Of a DNA stretch of 64,000 nucleotides, positions 12,775 through 25,194 are shown in pieces. How positions within the stretch are numbered: the stretch's first letter is position 1; every line of letters starts with the position of its first letter. The stretch covers positions 1-64,000 of the forward strand of contig MU271353.1 in assembly GCA_021432655.1 (NCBI GenBank), written 5' to 3'. Below the pieces are notes generated by a model. It did no database searches and was not told the DNA's origin. It saw only the letters and a list, made by a program, of their open reading frames with translations. The translations under genes and the position numbers were made by a program. Source of the stretch: Atractiella rhizophila. Its lineage: Eukaryota.

Positions 12775-13735
12775 ATGGGATGTGAGTAGTTCGCGCTGTG
12801 GATGGATGGTGTACTGAGAGTATTCATGCGATGCAGTCAGACACAATAACGTTTTACACCGAAACCACTTCCGCAAGGATTGGCAGAGGCGGGTCAAGAC
12901 TTGGTATGACCAACCTGGAAAAAAAGTGACCAGGAGGATCGCAAGGGAGAAGAAGGCTACTGCCCTTGGTGGTCGGTGCGTTTGCCTTTGCTTTGAAATG
13001 GGAGCGTGCGAGCGTTTTTGTGGAATATGTACTGATGTTTGTTGGATTGTTACTACGACAGACCAACACAGCTCCTTCGCCCCGCCGTTCGCTGCCCTAC
13101 CATCCGTTACAACCGTCGTCTTCGTGCAGGCCGTGGCTTTACCCTTGAGGAGTTGAAGGTTGGCTTTCCGTCCATACACTCCGCACAACGAGACTGAGAC
13201 ATCGATGGTGCAAATTTAGGCTGCTGGCATCCGCCGCAAAGAGGCTCTCTCTATTGGTATCCCCGTTGATCACAGGAGGCGCAACCGCTCCGAAGATTCC
13301 CTCGAGCTCAACACTCAGAGGCTTAAGACGTACAAGGAGAAGCTTGTGCTTCTGCCTAAGAAGTCAAAGAAGAAGGGAGAGAAGAAGGACGCTGTACGTA
13401 TCCTCTGTCTACGCCTGGTTTTCGTTTGAAACTGAGGTAATGCAGATGGACGTCTCTCCCGATAACACCACCCGCGACCTCGCTACCATCCTCCCCATTC
13501 CCACCGGCTACACTCCGGAGCAGCCAAGGGCCATCACCGCTGAAGAGAAAGAATTCAATGCGTTCGCCACTCTTAGGAAGGCGAGGAGCGACGCGAGATT
13601 GGTCGGTGTTAGGAAGATCAGGGCCGCCAAGAAGGAGGTGCGTTTCCCATCTCACTGTTTATTGCGTTCAGCACAGCGGGATGTTAACCAGATTTTTCTG
13701 GGGTGTAGGAGGAAGCTGCCGCTCAAAAGAAGTAA
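12775..13735 (+). CDS. RPL13: 60S ribosomal protein eL13
   Basis: [32 protein letters not shown]...[28 protein letters not shown]...[10 protein letters not shown]...[19 protein letters not shown]. Confidence 0.97.
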
Positions 13736-14005
13736 GGGACATACCCTTCCCTCCCCTCTATTACCTACCTACCATCATGCCACCGATCCGTCTATGTTCT
13801 TCCCATGTCTTACATTGCAACTATGCTTCGATGTGCCTCAAACAAACCTCTGTGCTACGACAACTCGGGTCACTTTCTTTGTGGCTAAAGAGAGGGTCAA
13901 AGTCTCTACTTTTTGCTATCACTCATGGACAAAACGAGAGAATTCAATTTGAAGTAGGCAACAAAGCAAAGCATCCGACAACAACATTCCAATATTCGCT
14001 ACTAC

Positions 14006-16596
14006 CTAATTTTGAGTATCCAACCTGCCCTCCTTCGCATTTATCGACAATCTAGGCCTGCCAAAGGTGGTAGGTACGAGACCATCGTCTGCTTGGACGG
14101 GAGCGTCAAGGGTCCCAATGATGCCAACAGCATCAATGGCTCGCTTGAGCACAAATTCATCGTCGTCCTCAAAGTCCAAGTCAAAGGCTCGCTTCCCCTT
14201 CCCAGCCAAGGAACCTCCCTCCTTGTCATAAAGCACGGTGTTGTTTGCTACATGAACGTTTCGGGTGTAGCTGTTGCCTCGTAGATCAAGGTACTTGAAT
14301 ACCTCCTGAGTGTCCCCAATAGTCGAGGAAATAACGTCGTTGGTGATGAAGAGGGTTCCGAAACCTTTTTGCGTTGTATCGATGAAGGTTTGGTGACCGC
14401 CCGCTGCAAGGTCAGGCTCTTTGAGAGTGCGCGTATACCTACGTAGCACATTAGAATTGTAGAAAGCAAAAGGCAGTAACGGTGAAACATGTACGTGTGG
14501 TTGATCGATCCCACGTATCCTACGGCGTCGCCATAATTGGCTTCAACATTTAAAGGATATGAGAAAGAGTCAAGGAGAGTGACGATGCCGTTATGAGTGG
14601 ACTTGGTGATTCCCTTCTGTTCTTGATGGACATACTACATCGATGGTCAATTCACATATCCATGCAAGATGCAGAAAACACTTGCCTCATAATACGCTTG
14701 GTTCTTGTATATTTGCTGATTGTAAAATTCCAAGTCTTGCTCAAAGTCAACCAGCTTGACCTGTCCAGAACCAGTGACGATAGTACTAGATATTTTGATA
14801 TTTCTTTTCGCGGTTACGACCTCTGTCACAGTCGCATTATCAGCTGTTGCCTTGACGGTGGTCTTCGGATCGATGAAATCCGGCGCGTGATAATAGAGCA
14901 TCTTCCCAGTCGTCCTCTTGGGGCTTTTGTCTAATTTGACGACAATGTTCCCGGAGATGAACCAGTTGGCATAGGTCGTTCGTTCTGGTCCTTGACCGGC
15001 GACGGATAGGGTGAAGTTATGTGGTTTGGAGTCAGTGAGAAGAGGGAGGAAGGGAGTAATATCGATCCAATAAGTTGGAGCCTTCCGGGTTATCTTCCGT
15101 CAATGTTCGAGAAGAGAGGGCAACAATACTTTACGTCAAAAGCGCCATATGCTGCCATTGGTCGCCAGATTGAAAGGATGATACCTCCAGTGTAGATCAC
15201 AGGGAATACGTATGCAACTCCGGCTAGCTAACACTTGCCTCAGGCCGAGTTAACCAATGAGAGGAGGAAAGCGAACTTTAGAATCGATGAACAGCTGGGC
15301 CTCGCGGTAGGGGCCATTTCCCAGCAAGGCGCCATCAGGGAAGTAAGGCAGCGCTTCATTCACCGCATTGGTGTACCAGAATTCTTCGTTTGAGTTCCCA
15401 GAGGCAAAGATCTCAACGTATGCTTCCGCTGCATTCTGTTCTGATCGCTTAGTCTCGTGAGGTATTGCATGACAAAGGTGACGCACAATAGGGAATGTAA
15501 CATTTGTTTGACCGCTGGGAGGAGTCGAAAACACGCTCCCTTGGCCTTCATCCGTTTGTTGACGAGAAAGGGGAAGGATGAGATCTGCCGTCTCAGGAAC
15601 CGGAAAGGTCTTGGTAGAGCCGTAGAAGGTAGCGGTCACAATGGCTGATTCTTATCAGTCCTGGCTACCTATGCGAAGATGCTAAGCGCACTATGAAAAA
15701 TTCCAGTGTACGTCTAACATCAGTCACAATCAGAGATTTTCAGCAAACTGTTGTAAGAGGAACGCACGTTGTCGATCAGGTTCCCTTCATCGAATAGTAG
15801 CGTTCCCGGATTTTTCAAAAGTGGAATGTATTTCGACACATCTTTCACCACGGTCCAGATGATGCCTGCCCTCGTAGGCTCAGCGGTAGAAGTTCTCCAG
15901 ACTGTTTGTCGCCATCCCATCAGTCCGTCAACTTTTGTAGAGACTATGGAGAGACGGCGCACTCTCGACATCGTTCAGGTAGAGTAGTCCCAACCTGTCA
16001 AACTGAGTTCCGTTGCTTGTTACTTTCAGAATAATTAACGTCAGTAACAGAGTATAGGAAGAAATAGAATATACCAGTGATGTTAAGGGTGACAGCGGCC
16101 CAATTCTCGCATTTCGAAGGCGGCGTGTATTCAGTGACAGCAGGAATACCGTACGAGAACGCGAAATCGTGGACTAGAAGGGTGACAGTCTCTTCACATC
16201 CTCCATGAGGCACAACGGGAGGATTTTGAACCTATACCGTTTCTCCATGAGTATCAATCAAATGGAAGCATTCTTTCCAGCCACTAAAGCACAGATGAGG
16301 GAGTAAGCAAGGCATACCTGGAAGTTCACCAAAACCCCACTTGCATTGGAGCTTTGTCTCCTTTCCAGCACTCGGCCAGCTCCATGACTAGCAGAATGGA
16401 TGGTTGGTGGTGGAGGACCACCACGGGCGAACCCATCGCGGGGAGGAGCGAGACGATTCCATGGGAATGTCAAAGGTTGTGGAGAGGCAGAGCGACGAAG
16501 TGCATGTTCTTGTCCGGGCCGTGGTTCGTGTCTCGCTTGACTCCCTCGAGAGAGGGAGAGCAAAGTAAAGACGGTCGATAAAAGAATGGACTTCAT
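14006..16596 (-). CDS. Secreted peptide-N4-(N-acetyl-beta-glucosaminyl)asparagine amidase A (PNGase A family)
   Basis: Signal peptide MKSILLSTVFTLLSLSRG; motifs HDFAFSYGIP, GTQFDRL, WRTSTAEPT, ASGNSNEEFWYTN, GNGPYRE, YPVIYTGG, WRPMAAYGAFD/PTYWIDITPFLPLLTD. Confidence 0.9.
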
Positions 16597-16965
16597 GATG
16601 TGGTATATCAATACTCGTACTCCCAGTGCTACTTGAAGTTGGTAGCCACTGGACTTTAACCTCTCAGATACCAAACGAGAGAAGCCTTAAAGAGGGAAGG
16701 TGGTGGTGGTATATGACCTGGGATGTCGCCAGATTTCGAATTGTCACAACAATTCAGTAATCGCCTGCGACGCGTGGAAGAGGGGATGTATCCGCTGATA
16801 AGGCTTTCTCCGCCTGTTTTGATCCCAGGTATATTTACGGCGTCGTCCAGAAGCAGGAGAAGAAAAATATGCAGTTTGGAACGAGCATTGATATTATGCA
16901 CAAATTTTGTGAGGACAATGGTAGATAGATAGGCATTGTAGAACTCCACAACCTCCACCAGCAGG

Positions 16966-18930
16966 TTATCGATCAACCTCCCCGAACACCTTCATTCATC
17001 ACACCACCGTTAGCTCGCGTCAACATCGCAAAACGAAAAGAGAGCACTCACCAAATCCATCGTTCCAATGATCGCGACCACATCAGGTAGGTCTGTGGAA
17101 CGTCATATCAGCACGACAAATAACGGGAAATGGTAAGGAACGTACAATGATGTTTGCACATAAAGTCCGCCCCGGCCAAATGGGCGAAACCAGGAGCTCG
17201 AATCTTGCACTTATACGGCCTGTTCGTCCCGTCACTGACGAGGTAGACGCCCATCTCTCCCTTCGGTGCCTCAATGGCTGAGTAGGTTTCTCCTGGAGGT
17301 ACAGAGTATCCTTCAGACCAGAGCTTGAAGTGGTGAATGAGCGACTCCATGTTCTCTTTCATCATTGACCGTGGAGGAGGGACGATCTTATGGTCGTCTA
17401 TCTTGATAGCACCAGCGGGCATTTTGTTTAGGCACTGGGTTGTGTCCCATTCCATCAATAAAACTCAGAGATGGAAAGGGACACGCACTTGTGAAATGAT
17501 TCGTAACGACTGCCTGAACTCCTCGATCCTGCAAAGGTATCGGTCGTAGCAATCGCCATTCTTCCCAATAGGTACATCGAACTCCACTTGGTCATATGCG
17601 TCATACGGTGCAATTTTACTGTGGAGTCAGGTCAATCAGTTAACTGACCGACATAGAATATGGAGACAAGACAAACCGAAGGTCCCACTGAATCCCGCTC
17701 CCTCGCACCATCACACCTGAGAAACCGTAGGATTCAGCCTGTTCCTTAGTTACAACTCCAATTCCCACCGTCCTATCCAAGATTCCGGCGTTGCATCAGG
17801 CTCCGTTCGTTCAAATAGACGTAAGCCGTAGGGAGGACAGACCTCTCTTTCCAAATCCTGTTCTCTGTCAACAGTTCCTCAAACTCATCTACTCTCTGGC
17901 TGAATTGTGTAGCCCATTGAAAGATATCGTCCAACAATCCATGAGGGAGATCGCTGGCTACTCCTCCAGGTCGCACGTAGTTCGCATGCATACGGGCACC
18001 AGACACGCGCTCATAGAACTCCATCAACTTCTCCCGCTCTTCGAAGCCCCATAGGAAAGGTGTCAGAGCACCAACGTCTGGGAGATTAAAATCACGACTA
18101 TCAGACAAATATAAAGGAAGCGAAAGAGGAGGAGGGACGAACCCATAGCGTGGGTTAGAACAGCCATCAAATGGTTTAAAACGCGAGTAATCTCTCCAAA
18201 CAAGGTTCGGATCCATTTAGCCCTTTCTGGGACGTCGATGTTGAGGAGCTTTTCGACGGCACGTGCAAAGCAGAGCCTTGAAGACAGGTGGATTAAGGAC
18301 AATCAATGGAAATGTGGAAGACCCACTCGTTTGTCATCATGGACACCTGTTCAAGACGGCAGAGTTAGGGAGGAAGGGGAGGAACGGAAGGCACGAACGT
18401 AGTCTAACCTATCAAAGTAGGGAAGTGCCTGAGTATACGTCTTGTACTCTATCAGCTTCTCCGTTCCCCTGTGCAAGAGTCCAATGTGCGGGTCGGCGCG
18501 AAGAATTTCTTCTCCATTCATCTCCAGGATCAACCTCAATACACCGTGAGCAGCAGGATGCTGAGGACTGTTCCAATGCGTAACGTAGCATCAAAATTAC
18601 ATGGCCATTCCATAATTCCCTATCCTGAAGCAGGAATAAGATGAGAAGTTTGACGAACCCAAAGTTGACAGTGAAGTGTCTCAAATTATGACCTTTCCTA
18701 GTTGCCACATCCTCCCTTAAAATTTCTTCGGCAGTCAAATGGTGCAAGTCCTCCACAGTCAACGGCTGTTCCTTCAGCAACACCGGCGGTATTTCAGGTT
18801 TGGGAGGGGTCGGAGTCTCAGCAGTACCTGTCGAGGCCGTGGCGAGGCGTCGGACCGGGACACGGAGCGAAGGAACAATGGAAGAGCGGGAGAAAGTCCG
18901 CCGGAGGGCAGGGGGTGGACGAAGAACCAT
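16966..18930 (-). CDS. NDUFS2: NADH:ubiquinone oxidoreductase 49-kDa subunit
   Basis: [26 protein letters not shown]...[49 protein letters not shown]-terminal GTMDL/VFGEVDR*. Confidence 0.97.
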
Positions 18931-19759
18931 CACTGCGGCGGCTGAGGTGGTCAAAGAAGTTGTGTGATGAAGTTAAGTTTCGTCGTTAGGGCGGAAATGC
19001 GGATCCGACAAGGCAGACGAATCCACAAGGGTTGAATATTGTTCGAGTTTCGAGTGGACATCCAGGATTATAGAGAGCTTGGGAGAACAGCAGGATTCAA
19101 TTTTATGTTATACCATTATTAGGGATAATTGGTGCGTTTCCTGAGTTGGGGAAGTGTAAACGACTGTGAGAGCAAAGTCTGTGCCAACAATTGTCATGTG
19201 GACTTGAACCTTTCTATAGTCAACTCTGCATGTTTCTTTCACTGCAAAGTAATGACCCTGAAGATGAGGTACGCAGGAGCAAGAACCACTATTAGTTGGC
19301 GCCTGCTGGCGTCTTGCTTTGAAGGGTTGACAGTAAACTTGCCTACCTTTCGATCCATGAGGCGACGATGATTTGTAACAGCGTCGATAACTGCTTGATA
19401 CCACGAAGAACCATGGTCAAAGATTATGCACCTCCTTATGTTGTTCAAGCCTCAGTCTTACCAACAACGGGAATAACCCAGTCGTAAGCAGGAGTTAACC
19501 ATTGCCCTCACTTCCAACTTCTAACACTGCTCTGCCTCTTTTATATACCGCATATCAGCGATGTTTTTGAATATTAAACGATATCCACAAATTTTAATCT
19601 GTTAAACGCTCTGTATGCATATAATGAATGCGCAGCCACGTTCTACTATTCCCTCCATTTACTGCCTTGCAACTCGCCGCCTTCAATTCGGTTCTTCAGC
19701 CCGCTCAGTGTATAATTATACATCTTACGCACTGTTTAATAACTCAAATGTACGTGCCA

Positions 19760-20345
19760 GCAATTCACCCCACAGTTTCAAGGAGTTATACACGAGTTAT
19801 ACACAAACAAGCTTGTGCGTTACCTATCACTGATGCTTTATATTTATCATCGCAGCCTCTCGAGCCTCAAGCAATCTTTGCAGCCTCAGAGAAGTGACAA
19901 GTGTGTGTGCTGTGGCGTCGGGCACTAGGTTCCCTCACCACGTGATTGTCCACAGGTCTCAACGCGCGTGGTTACGCTAAGCTGTGATGCACTATGAGGT
20001 CGTGGGGAAGATAACCCCCAGGATCAGGATAAACAGGGCGGAATGGAGCAACCCTGATTGATGCTGGTTTAGACGATAATTAGAAGGTTCAGGATGAATA
20101 GCATGTAATCCTAGATAGTATCGACTAAAATGGTCGCCGGAATGTGGTAGCTTGACGATCCCCTTTCATGTCTTGTGCTCCTACCGAATTTCAGTGAGAG
20201 AAATGATGTACTTGCTGTGATGACGGCGGGTCCCTCCACATCACCATGGGGAGGGGGATAGGTGACTGTGAATATTTAAGTGCTCCAAATACCTTACCTT
20301 TCCCTCAACGGGCTGTCTCTTTGCTTCGCTTATCGCACGATCGAA
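19760..20345 (+). promoter_or_regulatory. Upstream region conserved between the two chitinase paralogs (partner ~22940-23468)
   Basis: Shared blocks gtttcaaggagt, gagaagtgac, cacRtgattgt, acgctaag, gtcgtgggga, tatcgacYaaaatggtcg, cccctttcatg, cctccacatcac. Confidence 0.6.
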
Positions 20346-21864
20346 ATGGCTGCTCTTCTCGCCCTTCTAACGTTCGCAGGCTCTCTCTTTCATGGAGTCT
20401 TCTCCATGCCCATCACGAATCAGACGGTTTCTACTCTAGCCCAGAACCCGCCTCATTTCGTCCTGTACTCTGACAAGTGGGCGAACCAAGGTAAGGATTG
20501 ATTTGAGTGACGATGGTTTCTCTGAACTTCGTGATGTAGGAGCACCCCCGGCTGCATCAGCGCTGGACGGCTGGAATGTTTTCGTTCTCTCGTTGTAAGC
20601 TGCTTCAACGATTTGATCGGAGAAAAGCAACACTCACCTATCGCTCGCAGCTGGCTCGCTACTCAAGGACCTTTTGACATGGTCCAAGGCTGGGTGTGGC
20701 TCACGGATCAACAACGTGCAGACTTCAGAGCTCAGTACGATGCTGTTGGAGCTAAAATCATGGTTGCCGCCTTCGGTTCGTTTACTCTCACTCCTCAATA
20801 GCGTCTTTGCTGACAACTGCCTGCGCAAGGTGCAACGGATCGCCCTACGAGCGCTGGTCTTGATCCTGTCACCACTGCTACGAACTTGGCCAACTTTGCG
20901 AAGCAATATAACGTTCACGGAGTAGACATTGATTATGAAGATTTCGAGTAACGTTTCATTGTACTCGTAGCTGATACCCTCATTCATACCTAGGGAACAG
21001 CGCCATGAATGGAGGCACGGCGGAAGCTTGGCTAATCACCTTCACTCGAGAGCTTCGAAACCAGCTTGGCAGCGATTACATTATTACCCATGCCCCAGTC
21101 GGTGAGCGAGTTGTTGGATCCCGAAGGACTGACTTGCCTTACTTCGCTTGACTCAGCACCTTGGTTCACGGACAACACAGATCCTTCAGGAGGGTGCGTA
21201 ATGCCAATATCTTCATCCCTCCGATCTGAAAAGTATTGCAGAAAATTCGTCTATCCTGGAGGCGGTTATACAAGGATTCACCAAGAGGTTGGGGATCTCA
21301 TTGATTGGTGTAATCCCTCTTCATTTTGCTGTGCCCATTTTCTGACAACCTCGCAAAGATAACATCCAGTTCTACAATCAAGGCACCGATTACACAACCT
21401 GCGACTCCCTGTTACATACCAGCGCTGCTATTGAACCACACACTTCGATATTCGAGATGGCTGCTCGGGGAATAGATCTGAATAAGCTTGGTACAGCTTC
21501 CTTTTCCCTCTCGAATAGTTACTGATAAACGAAACACAGTTTTGGGCAAACCTGCGAGCACCGGGAGTGCGAGCTCGGGCTACGTATCACCGGACGTATT
21601 GAGCGGCTGCGTTGCTGAAGCCAAAGCATCTGGATATTGTGCGCTCTGCTTTCTCCTTTCGAGCTATATTTACGCATTCACATTGGATAGCCGCCGGATT
21701 AATGGTTTGGCAATATCGTAAGTTCTGTCCTTTCCTTGCACCTGCTTGACGCTGACTTTTCTTCGCAGCCGATCAACCTGGTCAGTCTCATCTGCATCTG
21801 TGCCCAACTTGCGCTGCTAATGCGATAATCAACAGTCGGATACGTGAACACCGTTTGGGGATAA
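20346..21864 (+). CDS. Secreted GH18 chitinase, copy 1
   Basis: Signal peptide MAALLALLTFAGSLFHG; KIMVAAFG; catalytic GVDIDYEDF (DxDxE); ITHAPVAPWF; IDWYNIQFYNQG; GLMVWQY. Confidence 0.92.
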
Positions 21865-23468
21865 GGCATCTACGTGCAGCCTGGAAGAGGAAGAATCTAC
21901 CACCGAGCAATGACTTTCCTTTGAGCAATCTTTGCGCAATGTCAGAATATGTAACATGGAAGAAAAAATGTATACTTCTAGTCGAACGGTGTTATATGGT
22001 AACAATCCTTTAAGGAACGTCCCTTTATGGCATATGAAGGTATATTCATATTGGCGGGCAAGATCACTGTTGCTGGTCAAAGGAACGGCCATTGAGGGAG
22101 AAGATGGAGTGGTTTCAGATGGAGTGGTTTAACCATGACCCCTTGGCGGCGCGTCAGGTGATTCCCAGTGTTGGCGCATGGTGCTCAAGATCAAGAGAGC
22201 TTGAAAGGACATATACATCTTCGACGCTGTGATGGAGCCGGTATATATAGTACTGCCTATGTGGGGGATGGTGCGTACATTCCTTGACGTAGACATGCTC
22301 AAACGGATTCGTGAGCAACAAGTCATATTGGAGTTTGCGTGTGAGGCACCATGTATCATTTCTCTTACTCAGAATTTTGGCCTCACATGCACGAGAGATA
22401 TGAGAGCAGGACGCGCAAGTTATGCCCGCATCATTGTATCAACATGAAGCGAGAGCAAATGCGTCTTCGCAAGATCTGTTCGATCTTATGTAATATTTTA
22501 TTCACTCTATTTACAGTACGCTCGATTTGCCGGCCACTGAGCAATATTTTGTTGCCATATGATATTCAACGGGAGCGCCTTCTAAATGCAGTCATTAACT
22601 TGATTTTACGAGATGAAGCAAGACGAGCAACACAGCTCAGGGCGTCCGTCTTGACCTCTCTCAGTTTTCATATTCTCGTCGTATCAAATACAATGCTTGG
22701 CAGTTGCTAGCAGCCCGAAGTGATAGCAGTGATGTGATAAATTTATTTATGCTTTTATGCTCTGACAGACAATGATCGACTGTGTTCAAGTCACGCTCTC
22801 GTCCACAGTTTCTGACACCTTGCGGATAGCTTCAGCGTTTCTTTTACTTCCTTTTACCTCAGTTGTTCTTCGAAGCGTCGAGCCTTGCTTGCCACCCACG
22901 TTGCGATTTCTGGACATTATAAGCCACTAAAGGTAACGACCCCACCGTTTCAAGGAGTCGTTCATTATTGTACATCCCTCGGTTACTCGTGATTTTAAAT
23001 TTACCACATCATTTTTTGGCTGGCCCGGAGAAGTGACTTGACAGTGGAGTATTGGCCCATCGGAACTAGCTCTCGCCACATGATTGTACCATAGTTCACA
23101 ACGCGTGTGCTGACGCTAAGATGTGGTACATGGTCATGTCGTGGGGATGATGGGGGCGATAACGTAGGAAACACACGCGGGATAGAGAAACCGGTGATTG
23201 AGGCACTTTTGTGAGAAGAATTGCAAGGTTTAGCAACAGTGGATAATATCGACCAAAATGGTCGGCGAGATGTGATGGCTAGCCGACCCCTTTCATGCCT
23301 TGTGCTAACTTGTGCTCCTACAAGTTTTCAGTCAGAGCATGGTGTGCTTTCTCAGACTGCAGCATGAAGACCTCCACATCACGATGGAGGTGGGGAGCAA
23401 AGGATGGTACTTATGTAGGTGTCTCCAACCCTCTTCTTTCTCTAGTTAGCTAACTGCCTCGTTGCGAA

Positions 23469-24980
23469 ATGGCCGCTCTTCTCGCTCTTCTCACGCTTGC
23501 AGGCTCTCTCCTGCATGGGACTCTCTCCCTTCCAATTACAAACCAGACGGTTTCGACGCTCGCACAGAATCCGCCTCATTTTGTCTTGTACTCGGACAAG
23601 TGGGTGAATCAAGGTAAGGGCTGGCATGCGTGGTGATGGCTTATCTGGACTTCGTGGCGTAGGCGCACCGCCCGCTGCCTCAGCTCTGGATGGCTGGAAT
23701 GTCTTCGTACTCTCTTTGTATGCTAGTTCACTGTTTCACTTGATCAAAGTGGCGCTCACCTTACATTTCTTGTAGTTGGCTGGCAACTCTGGGACCGTAT
23801 GATATGGTGCAAGGTTGGGTATGGCTCACGGATCAGCAACGCACAGACATCAGAGCGCAGTACGATGCTGTCGGTGCTAAAATCATCGTCGCTGCCTTCG
23901 GTTGGTTACTCTCACTTCTCTGTGACCTCTTTTGCTGACAATTGCTTGCTAAGGTGCAACGGATCGTCCCACCAGTTCTGGACTTGATCCTGTCACTACT
24001 GCTAGAAATTTGGCTAACTTTGCGAAGCAATACAAAGTTCACGGTGTCGACATTGACTACGAAGACTTCGAGTGAGCTTTTATTTAAGCCATGAATGTTG
24101 TCATCGTTTACCATGGTTTACAGTGCCATGAATGGAGGTACCGCAGAAGCTTGGTTGATCACATTCACTCGAGAGCTTCGAAACCAGCTCGGAAGCAGTT
24201 ACATTATCACCCACGCCCCAGTTGGTGAGCGAAGTGATCTCGCCCGAAAACTGGCTTGTCTTACTAGCTTTTCCCAGCCCCATGGTTCACGGACAACAAA
24301 GATCCTTCAGGAGGGTTCGTCATGCCTGTCACCCATAGAGCGATGTCATAGAATTCCAGGAAATTCGTTTACCCCGGAGGTGGTTATACAAGGATACATC
24401 AGGAGGTGGGCAGTCTCATTGATTGGTGTAAGTCTCCTTCGTTCCTTCCCGCATATGTTCTGATGAAGTTGCAAAGACAACATCCAGTTCTACAATCAGG
24501 GTACCGATTATACAACATGCAACTCTCTCTTACACACTAGTGCTGCTATTGAACCACGTACTTCGATTTTCGAGATGGCTGCTCGGGGGATAGATCTAAA
24601 TAAACTGGGTAGGTCCGTTGGTTTCTGGTCGAAGAGTTGCTTAATGAAAGCTTAGTTCTGGGGAAACCTGCGAACACCGGTAGTGCCAGCTCTGGTTATG
24701 TGTCGCCTGCCGTATTGAAAGGCTGCGTTGCTGAAGCCAAAGCCTCTGGATATTGTGAGTCTAAATTCCGTCCAAAGTAAGAGATATTTATACATCAGCA
24801 TCGGTTAGCCGCCGGATTGATGGTTTGGCAATATCGTAAGTTCTTTTCTCGTCTCCTCCCTGCAGTGCGTGCTGACCTTCATTTCTAGCTGATCAACCAG
24901 GTATGCCGCATTCACTTTCAGCCTTCCGTTCCTGACGTGATTAAACAATAGTTGGATACGTGAAAACAGTTTGGGGATGA
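23469..24980 (+). CDS. Secreted GH18 chitinase, copy 2 (tandem paralog)
   Basis: Same exon-intron layout and motifs as copy 1 (GVDIDYEDF intact); introns are diverged. Confidence 0.92.
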
Positions 24981-25194
24981 TCAATCAAAGGGCATCTTGG
25001 GAGGAAACAAATTTACGACACAAGGAACGACTTTTCCTTCGGAAGTCATTAAACAAAGGCAGAATGTTTGTAACGTGCAAATGAACAAAATGTATCACCA
25101 GGTCGATATCTTCAAGCTAGACGCGAATGATTCGAAGACGATCATTAAATTACAAAACAATACTTCTTCCTTCCTCCTTTCATTTCGAGGTCGT

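Noticed and set aside
12977..13220. snoRNAs in RPL13 introns
   Set aside because: The introns are short and lack a paired C box and D box.
19000..19750. Short ORFs and an AT-rich stretch upstream of NDUFS2 and chitinase 1
   Set aside because: No recognisable protein motifs, splice structure or terminal repeats.
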